64,000 nt of DNA from an uncultured Christensenella sp. GTDB taxonomy: Bacteria > Bacillota > Clostridia > Christensenellales > Borkfalkiaceae. The notes under the pieces were generated by a model, which worked only from the letters and a program-made list of their open reading frames with translations, did no database searches and was not told the DNA's origin. The translations under genes and the position numbers were made by a program. The stretch lies in the NCBI GenBank assembly GCA_910578565.1, contig CAJTQF010000004.1, forward strand, positions 2,170 through 66,169. The letters run 5' to 3'. Shown one piece after another: positions 63,230 through 64,000 of the stretch (its first letter is position 1; each line of letters starts with the position of its first letter).

Positions 63230-63934
63230 ATGGATAAAAGAATGGAAGACATTTACGAAAACATTAAAAAACACAGACTTACACCGGATTCGGTGTTTAT
63301 GTTTCACTGTACAATGTGCGGCGATTGCTGCAGGAATAGAGATGATATACTCTTGAATTCCAAAGACTTGTTTAATCTTGCAAAAGGATTAAAAATTGCA
63401 CCCAAAGATGTCGTAGAAAAGTACTGTGAGACTTATCTGGGAGCTTCTTCAAGAATGCCTATTGTAAGACTGAAACCAGTAGGGTTCGATAAACATTGTG
63501 CTTTCTTGGAGAGGAACGGTTGTGCAGTGCAAGCATTCAAACCTACAGTGTGCGCCATGTTTCCTATCGGACGTTTTCGCGAATGCGGTAAAGATAAACC
63601 CGATGAGATAAACTATATGTTCAATGATCCGCACTGCGGGAATAAGCGCGAAATTCATACGGTTCGCGGATGGCTTAGCATGTATGGGATTCCTGAAAAC
63701 GACGAATTCTATCTTATATGGACAAACACGGTTGAAATATTGACAGCATCGCTCTCAAAGTTGGAGAAGTATTTGAAAACAGATACGATGGAAAAACTTT
63801 GGACATTTGTATACTTTTTTCTTTATCTTAATTACGATGCCGAAAAAGAGTTTATGCCGCAGTTCATAAAGAACTCTGAGATGGTTATCGGCAACATCAA
63901 GAATCTCGAAGATAAAAAGGGCGGTGTGATATGA
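63230..63934 (+). CDS. YkgJ-family cysteine-cluster protein (UPF0153)
   Basis: AGGAGA RBS before the ATG at 63230. It has the FHCTMCGDCCRN cluster and a second cluster CAFLERNGCAV...PTVCAMFP. Confidence 0.6.
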   Translation: MDKRMEDIYENIKKHRLTPDSVFMFHCTMCGDCCRNRDDILLNSKDLFNLAKGLKIAPKDVVEKYCETYLGASSRMPIVRLKPVGFDKHCAFLERNGCAVQAFKPTVCAMFPIGRFRECGKDKPDEINYMFNDPHCGNKREIHTVRGWLSMYGIPENDEFYLIWTNTVEILTASLSKLEKYLKTDTMEKLWTFVYFFLYLNYDAEKEFMPQFIKNSEMVIGNIKNLEDKKGGVI

Positions 63935-64000
63935 AGACTTGGATCATACCTGTAACGTGGGAGGTATGCGGCAAAGTATCCGTAAAAGCTAATACACTTC
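63931..64000 (+). CDS. hypothetical protein, 5' fragment (continues beyond the window)
   Basis: ATGA overlap with the upstream stop. The frame is open to the window end (MKTWIIPVTWEVCGKVSVKANTL). Confidence 0.3.
   Translation, partial: MKTWIIPVTWEVCGKVSVKANTL

Larger units (their letters stand above)
35300..64000. mobile_element. integrative conjugative element, partial (Firmicutes-type T4SS module plus accessory genes); the right end lies beyond the window
   Basis: A GC step at about 35.3 kb. The region carries co-oriented VirB2-, VirB6-, PrgI-, VirB4- and VirD4-like genes, a methylase, surface adhesins, a signal peptidase and DUF3268, DUF4262 and YkgJ-type accessory genes. Confidence 0.7.

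Noticed and set aside
1-64000. I looked for CRISPR arrays, rRNA genes, IS elements with terminal inverted repeats and group II introns.
   Set aside because: No regularly spaced direct repeats, rRNA-like segments, transposase ORFs or reverse-transcriptase ORFs were found by reading the sequence and the ORF track.

Overview
The window looks like a chromosomal segment from a spore-forming, low-GC Firmicute of class Clostridia. It has three parts. (1) Bases 1 to about 31.9 kb are conserved core genome. This part holds a DnaD-like replication protein, lepB, pepF, the replicative helicase dnaB, tsaC/sua5, ywlE, rpiB, two tRNA-Leu genes bracketing a TetR-nitroreductase pair, an LRR surface protein and the full spoIIIAA-AH operon. 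It continues with asp23, nusB, folD, ispA, a roughly 560-nt ORF-free structured RNA, a small membrane protein, dxs, tlyA, nadK, argR, recN and spoIVB. The ispA-RNA-membrane protein-dxs arrangement matches the known locus of OLE RNA and OapA. (2) About 31.9-35.3 kb is an AT-rich islet. It holds a truncated serine-recombinase relic that lacks the catalytic serine, a promoter-to-terminator unit with no ORF (candidate sRNA), and a tandem-HTH XRE regulator with twin operators. It also holds a SLOG/DUF1273 gene and two unknown genes. (3) About 35.3 kb to the window end is higher in GC and looks like part of a Gram-positive integrative conjugative element (ICE). It encodes VirB2-, VirB6-, PrgI/VirB3-, VirB4- and VirD4-like proteins, an MT-A70 methylase with an in-frame TGA, and an S1-domain protein. 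It also carries two tandem paralogous ~1,615-aa surface proteins, a structured leader RNA, an element-borne signal peptidase, an orphan HipA-like kinase and small accessory genes. No relaxase, intact integrase or peptidoglycan hydrolase is visible in the window. No CRISPR array or rRNA was seen. All family names come from motifs read by eye in the translations; no database search was run.
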